DNA from: Somniosus microcephalus
Taxonomy: Eukaryota
Assembly (NCBI GenBank): GCA_052327205.1
Contig: CM126209.1
Location: 183,644,001-183,708,000 of the forward strand
Direction: 5' to 3'
DNA: 64,000 bases
Positions 34,208 to 47,139 of this stretch are shown in pieces (the stretch's first letter is position 1; each line of letters begins with the position of its first letter). The notes under the pieces were generated by a model. The model saw only the letters and a program-made list of their open reading frames with translations, searched no databases and was not told the origin of the DNA. Made by a program: the position numbers and the translations under genes.

Positions 34208-35356
34208 TACCACCAGGAAACTTTCAAGGAAAGAGTTCTAATGAACAGTACGGTTCCAAGCAGGCAGTCAAAGCATTCCACTTTATCCTGCATAAAAGAC
34301 TAGTGAACATCATCGATTCCTTCCTTGCACAGTGTCCTTTTGGGTTCAAAAATGGCTGTCATCCATTCCAATGTTACACATTCTAATAACTGCTGCTGAA
34401 TCATCAGTGACCTAACCAAAGTCAATTTTGAAGTAAAGGCTTCCAGATTTCAGATAAAGATTTCAGTTATCTGCAGGATAAAAGCCTGCTGAGGTCAGAC
34501 AAAGATTGCAGGCTTCCACGAGGGAAGGTTTGTCACAGGTGAGGAATTCCATCTAGACCGGTTTCAGTTGAGCTGCCTTGATTGTATGGAAGCTATGCTG
34601 CAGGAAACTTCAGATACCTAAAGGAGGACAATGATGCTCATGCCACCAATCTGCTTTTGGCTGTATATCGCTCAAATGTTGTATCCACTGAAGCATAAGG
34701 AGTAGACATCGATCCCTCCAGGCAGATGGATCAAGACATCCAATGCTCTGATGCAGTCATCAGCCAGTGCTGTTGAAGCGTTTGTTATCCAGCAAACTGA
34801 ACATCTGCCCATTAATGTAATTCCTTCCACACCTTGTATTTCTGTGGCAGAGGGTTCAACAGGGTTAAAATCTTGCCATGCTGTGCACCTGCTAAAAAGT
34901 ACCAGGCTGCTCGACATTTAAACATATGGCACAAAACTGCACATATATTTCATTTAACAAAGTCACTCCCATTGTGTTGTTATCAGGGGCTAGAATGCAC
35001 GCCCGAACACAGAGGCCCGATGCTGGCTAAATTTGGATCTCTGGCTTCAACTAATTATTCTGGGTGAGCCTGTTACACCTCCATAGGCAGCTCACCCTTC
35101 AGGAGGATTGAATTTTAGGCCAGTTGCCTTGCTAGCAGCAGCAGTCATGTAAGTCTCAAGTTGGGGGTGGTGGGGGCGGGGGAGAAGGATAGCAGGAGTG
35201 GCTTGATCACAGAGGAGTACTGTGGATCCTGCTCCTTTTGACTCCACATTAAAGTAAGTTTTTTTGAACTAAAATCTTACCTGTTTGGCTGTCGCCGGTT
35301 AGGTCACAGGAAACTCCTGTAAAGCTGGGGCGCTTAAAAAAAAAATGGGTTCACGG

Positions 35357-36085
35357 TGGCAATAGGATATTTTTCTTTGCCTATGTTTCATCATTCATCA
35401 AAAGATGTTTGCATTTTTCTCTGAAGGAAAATCACCTCTCGAAGATTTTTTTGCTACACATATAAATGACAATTGCAGTTTCTATTTCTTATAATTGTCG
35501 CATTCTTTGTGCATGTGTTTTGTATTGAGTTGTGTTGGATAATGATACAAGTGCTGATTTTAACCCCCCACACCTGACAAGAAAATAGAGGCAGCCTCCT
35601 GCCCTCTGGCTCATTGCTACACAAAGCATGCCAATTTAGCAGTGTCAAATCCACACAGGCGTTTGTCCCACCAAATGAGCGACTGAGCATTAAGATGGTG
35701 TCTGGGTTTGAATTTCTCCATCAGACCCGGAATTTTGAATTCTAATGAGGCCCGTACTCGCCTGCAGCGAAGGCCTCACACATGTCCCAAAACCCGGGAG
35801 TTAAAGTTACAGCTGGCGTAAGTGCAGCAAACAGCCAGAGGGCAGGAGGCTGCCTCTATTTTCTCGTCAGGTGCGGGGGGGTTAAAATCAGCACTCGTAT
35901 CATTATCCAACACAACTCATACAAAACACATCCACAAAGATGGTGACAATGATAAGAAATAGAAAGTGCAATTGTCATTTTAATAAATCAGCAAAAAAAT
36001 CTTCAAGCGATTTTCCTTCAGAGAAAGATGCAAACATCTTTCGATGAATGATGAAAAATAAGCAAAGAAAAATATCCTACTGCCA
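35357..36085. mobile_element. Foldback-like element with ~255-bp terminal inverted repeats, family unassigned
   Basis: 35357-35611 is the reverse complement (diverged) of 35833-36085; ~220-bp spacer; termini (T)GGCARTAGGATATTTTTC. Confidence 0.8.
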
Positions 36086-36753
36086 TCATTATTAGGCCCA
36101 AATTCTAATTTCCTTCAGATTAAATTTATTGGCCAAGTTCACAACAATTCAGCTTCTAGATCCGGAGTCAGTGGCAGTCTTGATGTTCGCTCCAAGGTGG
36201 GGACCAAATCGCCTTCCTTCGGCATGAGATCAGTGAGAGAAAAAATACACAGAATTAATATTCTGCTATTTCTGTGTGTGTTCAAATTAACACTGCATTT
36301 TATTATGTAGTCTATTAAAAGTAGATATAGTATATAAATATAACCTCAAGATTTATGGCTCCAATTAAGTTAATTGTTTAATACTTAATTATAAAGTATT
36401 TGGGGGTACCACAAAAAGAATGTAATTGAGAATTAATTGTCTTATTCCAGCATTTCAACTAATTACTGTATTTAAGCAAATTAAAACATTAATCCAAGTT
36501 AATGTTGATTTTACTCATTACATCCTCTTATGGCATTCTTACCACAAGTAATGGGGGTTGAAAGGATGAATGGTAGGAGTAAATCTTTCTTCTCATGAAT
36601 TTACATTTAGTCAAAAAATGACATTCTTTTTATACTGAAAGAACAAACCCAATTTCTTGCATATTGTTCCAAAATCTCATCAAAGTACAAAGGCGTTCGC
36701 TTTCCTTAGACTTAGTGATAGCTCTTCTCATGAATATAGTGGAGCAGATTCCT

Positions 36754-37578
36754 GGGGGGGAATTTTGCAGGTGCTCAGGATGCAGGTTTGGAGGTGGGAC
36801 TGCTGGCAAAATTGCAAAGATTGACAGCGGGTCCCGAAACCGATGTCAACCCGCCTCCATACAATCCTCTCAAGTGTCGGGTCCCTGACACCTAACGGCA
36901 GGAAGAGGATTATAGGCACTTAACTGCCTGTTAACAGGTAGTTAACAGGCAGCTAAGAGGCTTTTTTCAATTTTGCCATGTCGACTGTGGGCTTCCCAAC
37001 ATCCGGACATCATGCCAGTTAAGTGTTGCGTGCTGTGGGTCTACTGTAAGGTTTGTGCATTGATGACAGCTGCAGAAGTGGTGTGAAGGATTCAATGGTA
37101 CACTGGTGAGTTTCAGAGGTAAGAAAATGTTGGGAATATCATTTTTAATGTCTTTATACTTTTCTGTAGGTAACAAGGTTTGAAATGTTTGTGTAGTCCC
37201 ACCTCATTGGGAGAACCTCTCTCACCAGTGACAGATTGCTTCTGTAACCTTACCTGCAGCTGCCATCTGTTTTATCCTAAGGAGAGAGTCTCTGGAGAGC
37301 CTGGGTGCAAGGGCTCACCTTTGCACAGTGAATGGCAGTGTTTGCAGCACCTCTGTCAAAAAAAAATGAGCGTGTCCCTTTTAAGAAAACTGGCAGATGA
37401 TGCGTCAACATCTGATGCTGGCTTTCTCTTAATTACCGGCAAGCCTACAGGGCGGGCTTAACAAGGCCAATTGACGTAAAGTTACGACTGTGCATTGGAC
37501 GTCGTTGGGGGCGGGATCGGAACCCGCAAGTCAGCTGACCTACTCCCAACTTGTACCGAATGGTAAGATCGCACCCCC
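36754..37578. mobile_element. Harbinger-type MITE (degenerate)
   Basis: GGGGGGGAATTTTGC left end, GTAAGATCGCACCCCC right end; GC-rich subterminal motifs shared with neighbouring Harbingers. Confidence 0.55.
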
Positions 37579-38080
37579 TTGAATATGCTGCTGCCTGGCT
37601 GGGATGTGAAGCAGGAAAACAAACTAACAAAATTGATGCTATATTATTATTTTACATATATGAACAGAAAGAAAGGCAAATTTTGAAAAGGTTGTAACTA
37701 ATGATCATAACTTTGTTCTCACAATGTGGCATCAGTGGCAAATTATTATAAATTCCATATTTGCAAAGACCTTTTGAAAGCATATTCCACTGACATTACT
37801 AAATGTAAATTGGATGGTGATAACTTAAGTGCCACAGGATTACAAGGTCCATGTCATCCAACCCAATTGCAAACAGAAAAGAATAAGTTCTGAAAGTTAC
37901 AAATGACTGAGTTTAAAATTATTTTTAAAAAAACACACAAGAACCTGAAACTAGAAGAAAATCACAAATGTAAGTAAGTGTCTTTTTTAAATCAAAATTC
38001 TAGTGACAAATTGAAATGTTTTTGAGAACTTCTTTGATCTGTAGTTGAAACAAAGTTCTCAAATATTGAAAAGAAAAAGA

Positions 38081-38349
38081 GAGATCTTGCATTTATATAG
38101 CGCCTTTCATGACCTCAGTACTTTTGAATTGTAGTCACTGTTGTAATGCATCAAATGCATCAGCACAGCAAGGTCCCACAAACAGCAATGTGATAATGAC
38201 CAGATAATATGTTTTAGTGATGTTGGTTGAGGTATAAATATTGGCCAGAACATGGAGGGAAAACTCCCCTGCGCTTCTTCGAAATAGTGTCATGGGATCC
38301 TTTACGTCCACCCGAGAGGGCAGATATGGCCTTGGCTTAATGTCTCAGG
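38081..38349 (-). mobile_element. DeuSINE 3' fragment
   Basis: Reverse complement of the 3' half of 13343-13799 (CTTGCATTTATATAGCGCC...). Confidence 0.75.
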
Positions 38350-38731
38350 CTGAGATTTTTTCACTTTCTACCCTGAGTTGGAAAAAAATACCTAGCCAGG
38401 TGCAAAGCTACTTATTGAAATGTGTGGCATTAACAAACACATCACTTATAATGTCAATTGTAAATGGTTTTGTGCTGTCATAAGAACTTTGAAAATAGGC
38501 CCATGGTGGTGATGCACGCTGATGGTAGAATATAGTGAATCCATACATGGTCAAATAATACGACTATTTCGTGAGGTTTGGGATACAACAAAGACAGATA
38601 TGCAGCAGTGATAGAATTTTTGAAACAAATCATAGGAACAGGAGTAGGCCATTGAGCCACTCGAGTCTGTTCCACCATTCAATGAGATCATGGCTGATCT
38701 GCGACCTAACTCCATATTAGCCCCATGCTAT

Positions 38732-40010
38732 AGAGATAGAAAAATTTGGTTTGTTTCACTATCGCCCATTTTGCGCTACTGCCCAAGACCAAATTTCATC
38801 CCCAGAATTCTTTTACAGTTAGGAGAAAGTGAATGCTGCAACCTGTACTCTCAGAACATTAAGGTGATAAAATTCGGTATCGACCATTTTGGGGCACTAA
38901 CATCGCCCGGGCGTTAACTTTAGCGCCCGGTGCTAATTAGCGCCGGCGACCGTGAAATTCAGTTTTAGCACCCCAGAGGGAAGTGGAGCTCTAAATCAAG
39001 CACTACACACTTCTCTTAGGGCGCAAACATCGGGGAGCGATGAGCTACCACAGAGCACTACTCAAACTCAGACGCTGTCAATTTCAAGTACTCTGGCAGA
39101 CTGGCGTCTTCTAGTTCTCACCCTGATCATTGCTGCTTGTGACCTGAGCCTGCAAGGAGGTGCAATCCATCAACCACAAATATCATGGCTGATCAGAGGC
39201 CCAGGGAGAGAGCTTGCCGGTTCAGCGACCAGTCTTTGGAGGTGCTGCTTACGGCTGTGGAATGCCGATGGGCAGTGCTGTTCCCAGACACTGGCAGGAG
39301 GCCATTGCCGCAGGAGCTCAGGAGGATGTGGAGGGAGGTGGCCCAGCACGTCTCAGCCAGAAGCGTGGTCCACAGGACTCTCACCCAGTGCCGCAAGAAG
39401 TTCAACGACATCACTCGGGTGGTCAGGGTGAGTACATGCTTCAAAAACATCTACATCCCACCTTCTCAACACACAGATGGTATAAACCACAGAATCCCCA
39501 CCACTCACCCACCAACTATGCCCATGTACCAAAAGTCACATCCACATCTCATGCCTTGCATACATTAACAGCTATTCAACTATGGTAGGCACATCTGCCA
39601 AACACATGGCTGCACACTCACTCACACACTGTACTTTTTCTTGCAGGCCAAGCTTGCTCATAACAGGAGGGAGCAGCAAAGCACAGGAGGAGGTCAGGTG
39701 GAGCTGCACCCCTTTACACAGCTGGAGGAGCGAGTGCGCAGCATCATTGTGGCCTAGGTCGTGGGCGCTGCGGCAGTCGGAGAGGTCGACCCTCTTAGAG
39801 ACAACAATGGTATGTTCATCACCTCTCCCTCTTATCTCATACCACTTCCCCCTCACAACACAAGCCCTTCCCACTTTCCATCTAAATCTCCATTCCTTGC
39901 TCCCTTCCTGCCCCCATCCCCTGACGTTAAACCCACTCTTGTGCCTTAATGCTTTCAGATAATCAGCCACCATCTGACCAGCCTGTCCCTCAGTCTCAGT
40001 GGCAGCGACA
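38732..40010 (+). mobile_element. Truncated Harbinger arm with Myb/SANT partner gene exons 1-2
   Basis: 39185-39428 MADQRPRERACRFSDQSLEVLL...MWREVA...QCRKKFNDITRVVR then GTGAGT; exon 2 after TTGCAG at ~39647 (AKLAHNRREQQSTGGG). Confidence 0.8.
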
Positions 40011-40340
40011 TGTACTAAGGGAGTGCTGCACTGTCAGAGATGCCATCTTTCAAATGAGATGTTAAATTGAGGCCCCGTCTTCTCTCTCAGGTGGAAGTAG
40101 GGCAGGGGAATTATCCCTGATGATCTGGCCAATAATTATCCCTAAATCAACATCACTAAAACAGATGCTCTGGTCATTAACACGTTGCTGTTTGTGGGAG
40201 CTTGCTGTGTGTAAATTGGCTGCCGCATTTCCTGTGTTACAACAGTGACTACATTTCAAAAAGTACTTCATTGGCTGTAATGTGCTTTGAGACGTCCGGT
40301 GGTGAAATGTGCTTTATAAATGCAAGTCTTTCTTTTTCTT
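40010..40340 (+). mobile_element. DeuSINE, 5'-truncated
   Basis: Matches 13455-13799 (GGGAGTGCTGCACTGTC...TATAAATGCAAGTC). Confidence 0.78.
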
Positions 40341-40461
40341 TTAAAGACTAACGCATTCATGCTTATCTTTGCCATGTTAAATTACATGATAATTGCCCAG
40401 CTCTCCTCTAAACTTATCATGGGGGAAGCTTTCCTCGTGCGTTAGCTGTAGTGAAATCATA

Positions 40462-40862
40462 GCCCGCGATTTTGCCAGCGGAGGCAAAGTGACCAGCTGT
40501 GAAATGGTAGCTTTCATACCACTTTTGGAGCTGTCACCTATTCACAGCAACGGGGAGACATAGAGAACCCGACCTACTTACCTGACGTGATCCCCGAACG
40601 ATGGGAACTTCGTAAAAAAAGTAGTAAAATAGAAATAGGCTGGCAAAATTGTAGTTAACAAGCATTTAACAAGCATCTAACTATCTTAAATGCCTCCCCC
40701 ACTGCTTGGTGTCGGGTCTGTTCTGAAATCACAGACCCAACACTTTGGAAACTTACATGGAGGTGGGTTCAGAGCGGGCTCCCAACCCACTGTCAATCAT
40801 TTCGATTTTGACAGCGGACCCGCCTCCGAACCCGTACTCTGAGCACCGGCAAAATTCAGCCC
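40462..40862. mobile_element. Harbinger-type MITE
   Basis: GCCCGCGATTTTGCC / GGCAAAATTCAGCCC termini with ATA duplication. Confidence 0.65.
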
Positions 40863-41379
40863 ATAAACCCACTTACAAAGAATAGATTTTGCAGTTTTGC
40901 TCCCCTTCCCACACCTCGTGTAGCTGAGTGAACTAACACACTGTTAAATAATAAATTACTCCTCGCTAATAACAGAGCTGGATGTTGTATTAATTTTTTC
41001 AGGCTAAGGAGCATTGAAATGAATCTTGCAGATCATTGGGAACTGGTAGCTTTGGTTTTACAGTACTTATTCTTTGCCTGTGCACTGACTGAATCTCTTA
41101 ATTGCATAGCTGAGAAATAGGCATTCCAGGCCTGCTGCAGCAAACAGATTCAAGAATTAGAATCATTTGATATAAGTTTTCAACCTGACCTAAAACTGAG
41201 TAAATGAATGTGATACATTACATCAAGTGCTCACTCTATCTGAACCCGAGTGTGCTGTTTTTATTCAATGAAATTGTCAAACAGAAGTGCTCAGTCAGTC
41301 AGTGCCTAATATAGTGAAACTCCTCATAACATGGCAGTAATGGAATATTTTCTGTGGGACAGAAAATACAGTGTGTGCG

Positions 41380-41850
41380 TACACCCCTAGGTCTCTCTGC
41401 TTCTCTTTTAAAATTGTACCATTTAGTTTATATTACCTCTTCGTATTCTTCCCATCAAAATGCATCACTTCATACTTCGCTGCATTAAATTGCATCTGCC
41501 ATATGTTGGCCCATTGAACCAGCCTGTCTACATCCTCCTGAAGTCCGTTTCTATCTTCCTCACTGTTTACTACATTTCCAGGTTTTGTGTCATCTGCAAA
41601 CTTTGAAAATTATGCCCTGTAAACCCAAGTCTGGGTCATTAATTTATATCAAAAAGAGCAGTGGTCCTAATACTGATCCCTGGGGAACACAACTGCATAC
41701 TTCCCTTCAGTCTGAGAAAACAACTAATCACCGTTACTCTCTGCTTTCTGTCTTTTAGCCAATTTGATATCCATGCTACCACTTTCCCTTTAATACCATG
41801 GGCTTCAATTTTGCTAACATGTCTAATATGTAGTACTTAATCAAACGCTT
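41380..41850 (-). mobile_element. Old CR1 RT fragment
   Basis: Antisense of [10 protein letters not shown] and KFADDTK coding regions (TGTGTCATCTGCAAACTT). Confidence 0.75.
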
Positions 41851-44777
41851 TTCGAATGGGTGAAAATAAAAACTGTACTACCATCAAATGGCCCCAAAAT
41901 ACTTATTTTCAACTCCCACCTAAAAATAAAAACCTTTAAGCACACACGGATATGAAATCCACAATGAACAGCGTAAAATGAAGAAACAAAGACCCTGAAA
42001 ATGCATAGGCCTTCATGCAGACTCCTGCTCTAACTCCAGCAGGAGTTCAGTGGAAGACCTGGGAAATGGGCTGGAACCCAGATACTGGGGGTCTGGTCTA
42101 GGACAAAATCTCTATTCACCCCAAACATGCTATTCCAAGTCAGAAGGAAGGAGGCCAGGGTCCCCCTAAACTGGGAGCTCCTGCTTCCCAGGCCTCAGTG
42201 AGAACCGATGTAAGTGTGGAGGCTGGTTATTCCCAGTGAAGTAACAGGGCTGATGGGGGTCAGCAAACCATTTTACCAGGAGAGATAGCAGCAGGGTACT
42301 GAAGTTTCCAGCCCATGTAGGTTGATGGGCACCTAAGATCCACCCGTAGTGGTACAGGTGCTCGCTGGGCCCATGAAATTAGATGTCCTCCCACTGACCC
42401 AGCATACACCACCAGGTCAGTGCTGGAGGGCACCAACAGGCACATTCCTGGTGTAACTGCTGGGATTACGTCCCCTTCCAAATATGCGGCCACAGTTCAT
42501 GATTGTCCCCCTTTAAGACCGACCCCGCTGACAATAGTCATTTGAAATTTTTAAAATAAATTCTATGTTATTAGTGATACTCTCACTTAACAGGAAGGTG
42601 AGCCTTTGCGGCATTCATTCATGTGACCAGAAAACCATGGCACATTCATTTTGGGCACTTAGTAAGCCTAGAGAGTACGTGCTTGTGTTGTTGACACCCT
42701 CCCATGATCTGCACGACAAATGAGAAAATCTGCCCTTTAGTTCCCAGTGAAATGCAAAGTTGTAAATTATTGAGAAAATCACACTTAGAGCTCCAGTAAC
42801 ACAAAAACGGACAAAAGAAGTGAGTGGGATGTGGTGAGTCATCATCACATCAAATAGAATATAATTGGAATAAATCCATATTTGTATTATGGTTATAATG
42901 GTGTATAGTGTTTAGAAGTTGTTTTTAATATTAATGGGGTAAATTTTACCACTCCATCATGGAGCCTCGCTCGATGCGAGGGCTAATCGGACAGTCAGGT
43001 GCGGGTCAGTGCACTAGATTCATGACCCTTCCATTTTTCTAGTTATTAATTTTAGTTTGGAGAAATTTAACCCACACAACCCTGATTGCCTTTCAAACTT
43101 TCTCTGTCTAGTTATCCAAAAAGGTTGTAACATTTAGAAACCAAGGTCCTGAAATTACACTGTAGGATCGTAACGTACAAACACTTTGATCTGAAATTCC
43201 TCTCTGTTATTTTAGTGGAGCCAATGATCTGTTTAACATCATTAGGTTTAAAGACTCCGCTGATATAGCACAGGATGGTATTTTGTCCACAGTATCCCAT
43301 ATTGTAATTTCAGGCCAAAGTGTCCACCATCTTTATTAACTCTGCTTAATTTCAAACCCATTAAACCTTTAATCTATAACAATCTGTAAACCTGAGTGTC
43401 ATCCAACCAGAATGTCTCCAATCAATCAATCAAAGGTTTCACATTCCTCATCGAGTACAGTACCTGAGTGCATCATATTTGTGACATCACACCTGAGCAT
43501 CACACTTTGGGTCACACTTTCTGCTTTGCTCAAATTTCTTATTCATAAGTTAGTGAAAAAACGCAACAGAACAGATACAAGCCAATCAGCATGGAGGAAT
43601 GAAAACTATCCATACAGCAATTTAAAAAAACTTCCAATCGGAAATTGGCACGAGAATGACGGCTGCTTATAGCAAGTAGCAGGCGATGCAGAGAATGAAA
43701 GTAAACTAAAAAATGTTTTTAATTCTTTCAATTACCATCTTAGTTTTGTCCAATCAGCTAAGCATTTACTTCAGAAAATAAGGTTTGTAACATAATGAGA
43801 TAAATATAATAATTCCAATAAAAATGAGTATACTTTGGAGTCACATTTTCTGTATACAGAATGTATCTAAGAATGCATTCTCTCAGATCCTCAGAAGCCG
43901 AGGGCTTAACTTGATATTCTTGCCAGAGCCAGTATTGGTAGCTGAAGGCTCCACCTAACACCTACATCTAAAATGTCCAACATGCCACAGACTGAGCATG
44001 TGCACTGTGGAGAAATTCCCCAGCATGCATCAGTGTGATTATCTGCAACTAATCTGTACATTACAATTCGAAGTGAGAGTATTATAGCAGTAATTACCAG
44101 TTTGTTTTTTTATATAAAGACTTGAAAAACAAGATAAAACATGAAGTGTGTGACCTTGAGGTAGGTTTTGACAGGAATTCTCATTTCAAGGCCTTATTGT
44201 TACAGAGACATGAAAAGAGAGAGAGGAGGTAAAGGGAGAGACAGAGGGACAGTGACAAATAGGGCCAGATTGGCCACAGGCCATCCCACTGCTAAAAAGG
44301 CGTGCATTGTGCGTTTTACGCCTGAAAAATGGGCACAATGCATACCAATTTTTGCCCCATAATGTGAGAGAAACAGAGATCGACATGGAGAGAGAGAGAG
44401 AGACAAACACACACATTTTATATTTTGTAAAGTATTCTAAATGATTACAGAAGGTGTTGTTCAGATAAATGGTTTATATCTATTTACTTTCCTGTAGGGA
44501 ATAAGGAAAGCATTATTTTATTTTCAAGGAACCAATCAAAAACAACTGACAGTCTCTGGTGAGATCATTTACAAACTTTTTTCCACATTCTTTCACTGTT
44601 CCACAGCCAACAATCTTACCCCAGCCCCCTCTCGTAGCAGTGTGATGCCTGACTCACTATTAACAATCTTGTGGGAGATCACAAATGTTTTATATCACAC
44701 ACATTCAATGCAATACATTTCAATTGTTATATGCTCGGTGTCACACCTCAGACTTCACACTTGAACTGCAAAGTACA

Positions 44778-44948
44778 GGGGTAAAACTTAACATCAGAGT
44801 GGGAGTAAAAGGGCCCCTATCAGATCGGCTGACCATTATACATCTTGCCCGATAAAGTCAATGGAAAAGAAAGTCAGGCAAGGTGTAGAACAGGCAACCT
44901 ATTCACTACCGCCTGTTTTGAACCCCCGCCGATGTTGAATTTATCCCC
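44778..44948. mobile_element. Short Harbinger-type MITE
   Basis: GGGGTAAAACTTAACATC / GATGTTGAATTTATCCCC termini. Confidence 0.55.
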
Positions 44949-45415
44949 TATGTGTCACACTTGTACCCGATTGGCTCAATTTTAACATTCATAAAATTGC
45001 AACAAATCACAATTGAAAGGCATGGAATTCATGACTCAAATACATATAAATTCCCAGCGAGGAACAATTATGGACTTATGAAATCAAATCAAACATGAGC
45101 AGTCAGCAAAATTAAATAACTCCAAATATTTTTTTAAATCCTATTGGCAGCCATCTTGGGTTCAATACCAAGATGAGCACGTACTACTTGAAATAAAGCT
45201 CGTGACATAATAAAGACATAAAAAATACAATATTTCCAGAAAATTATTATACAATAGCAGTTTCTGTGTTTGTAATGTCAATAACATGTTTTCCACCAGA
45301 GTTTGTGCCAACGTTAGATGCCTGATCAGTGTAAGTTCCCAACCTATCATCATTAGCTGAAGACTCAAGCGACTATGCTACAATGCCCAACAATCTCCTA
45401 TGCATAAAACATCTA

Positions 45416-46036
45416 GGGGGAAAAATTTGGTTGCTTTGCGCCTCCCGTTAGCGCCGTGCGCAGTGCCCCACTTGCACCCCGGCCGCCATCTTCGATAGCG
45501 TCCCCTGACTTATCACCGGACGCTATGTCCGACGGGGTCAGGGGGGCCTACCTGCGGCCAGGGCGGCGCTAATTAAAGGCGAAGTGCTGGGCGGCCATTT
45601 TTGTTGCTGGCCGCCTGCCAGCACCTACCCCCGTTGCCGGCCTCCTGATTAGCCCCCCCACAGAGTGCCAGCTGTTCTCCGTGAGCCCGGCAATTCTCTT
45701 GAGTGCCGGGCTCTTTTGCTGGCACTCCGATCCCTGGTGGCCCAGCTGGGCCCCGGGTCGCGCTGCGCAAGGCCCCTCCCCTTTAAGAAGGGGCGGAAGG
45801 CCAGCAGTACCACCGCGTGACGTGCCGCAGTGCCATTGCACCGCGGCACATAGTGCTGCAGTATTCCCTCTCAGTGCCCCTAGAGGGAGACGGGGCACTT
45901 CCAGTAGCACCCCGCTTCCCTCTTGGGGCGCTACCAATGAATTTCGGCCAAGGGGCACTAATTTTTTCAGGGCGCAAAAAGTAGTGCCCCAGCAAAGTTA
46001 GTGCCCCAAAGGGGCCACGACTCAATTTTCCCCCCC
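45416..46036. mobile_element. GC-rich Harbinger MITE
   Basis: GGGGGAAAAATT / AATTTTCCCCCC termini inside TCTA...TAGA; shares GCGCTAATTAAAGG and CCCCTTTAAG motifs with 52819-60315. Confidence 0.75.
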
Positions 46037-46606
46037 TAGACATTTTATGATTGAATGCAAGACTGGCCATTCACAGAGCATGCCAGCTGTTTATCAGCCT
46101 TAGTGCTTCCAATGGAAAAGTTCTGGAATGAAAATCCCCAAGGAAACTATTTTTTTTTGTTAGGAGCAACCAGAATTTGTTTTTGTTCCTGTAGAAAACA
46201 TCAGAATAAAGTAAAGCTTGAACACTACAAATTTTTTCTGAAGTAGCTCTGAAAACAAGAACATGCATACTGCATATTAGCTGATGTTCCGCAATTGTAA
46301 TCCGCAAAAAAGAGCCAAAGACAGACACAGTTGAGCGGGGGGAGAAAAAGAGTGGTTTCTATCCAATAGCCAACTTTCTATTCATGTTATTACATTTCCT
46401 TTTATACCATATGGCTGAATTTTTTGTAACAAGCCTCCTGTGAGACATCTTATTGAATGCTTTCTGTGTTCCCTTTGCCTACCCAATCAGTCACTTAATC
46501 AAAAACTATTACTTTTGTCAAACAAAAAATTACTTAACAAGTTTGTGCTGGCTAGCCTAGATTAACCCATTTGTCACTAAATTTTATCTTCAGTTATGGA
46601 TTCTAA

Positions 46607-47096
46607 GGGCTGAATCTTAACTCACAAAAATGGGTGAGTTGGGTTCAGGTGAAATGTTAAAACTTTAAAAATCTCAAACCCGGACTTGACCCCAACCCAC
46701 CCACTTCCGGGTTTAACGGAGGCGGGACAAGTGGCGGGCAGCCAACCTGCTCCCAGGAGGCAGTTTGGCCAATTAAATATTTTAGTGAGGCTGTCAGCTC
46801 CCCCCCACCCCCCGTCACCCCCACAAACCAGACCACCCCCATATACACCCCACCCCTCCCCGGGGCCGGGGATCGACCCCCACCCCTGCCACACACTCCC
46901 ATTAGCAGCAGCTGGCGACTTACCTGCGGCTGCAACCTCCTCTGGAGTGCTCTCCATCCAACTGGAAGCCAAGCCTGTCAATCAGACTGACTTCTGGGCG
47001 GGGAACCTGTCAATGCAAAATTCTACAGCATGCAGGGAATCGCAAACTTCCGGGTTTCCCGAGAGAAATTCTGCCCGTCCGTCAAAATTCAGCCCC
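46607..47096. mobile_element. Harbinger-type MITE
   Basis: GGGCTGAATCTT / AAAATTCAGCCCC termini. Confidence 0.7.
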
Positions 47097-47139
47097 AAGA
47101 GTTTGCCTGTAACTGATGTTGAACTAAGTGGTTGCAGTT

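Noticed and set aside
42500-45400. Possible host exons in the AT-rich unique-looking stretch (e.g. AG at ~43216)
   Set aside because: No convincing acceptor-ORF-donor combination or recognisable protein; cannot be excluded without RNA-seq or cross-species alignment
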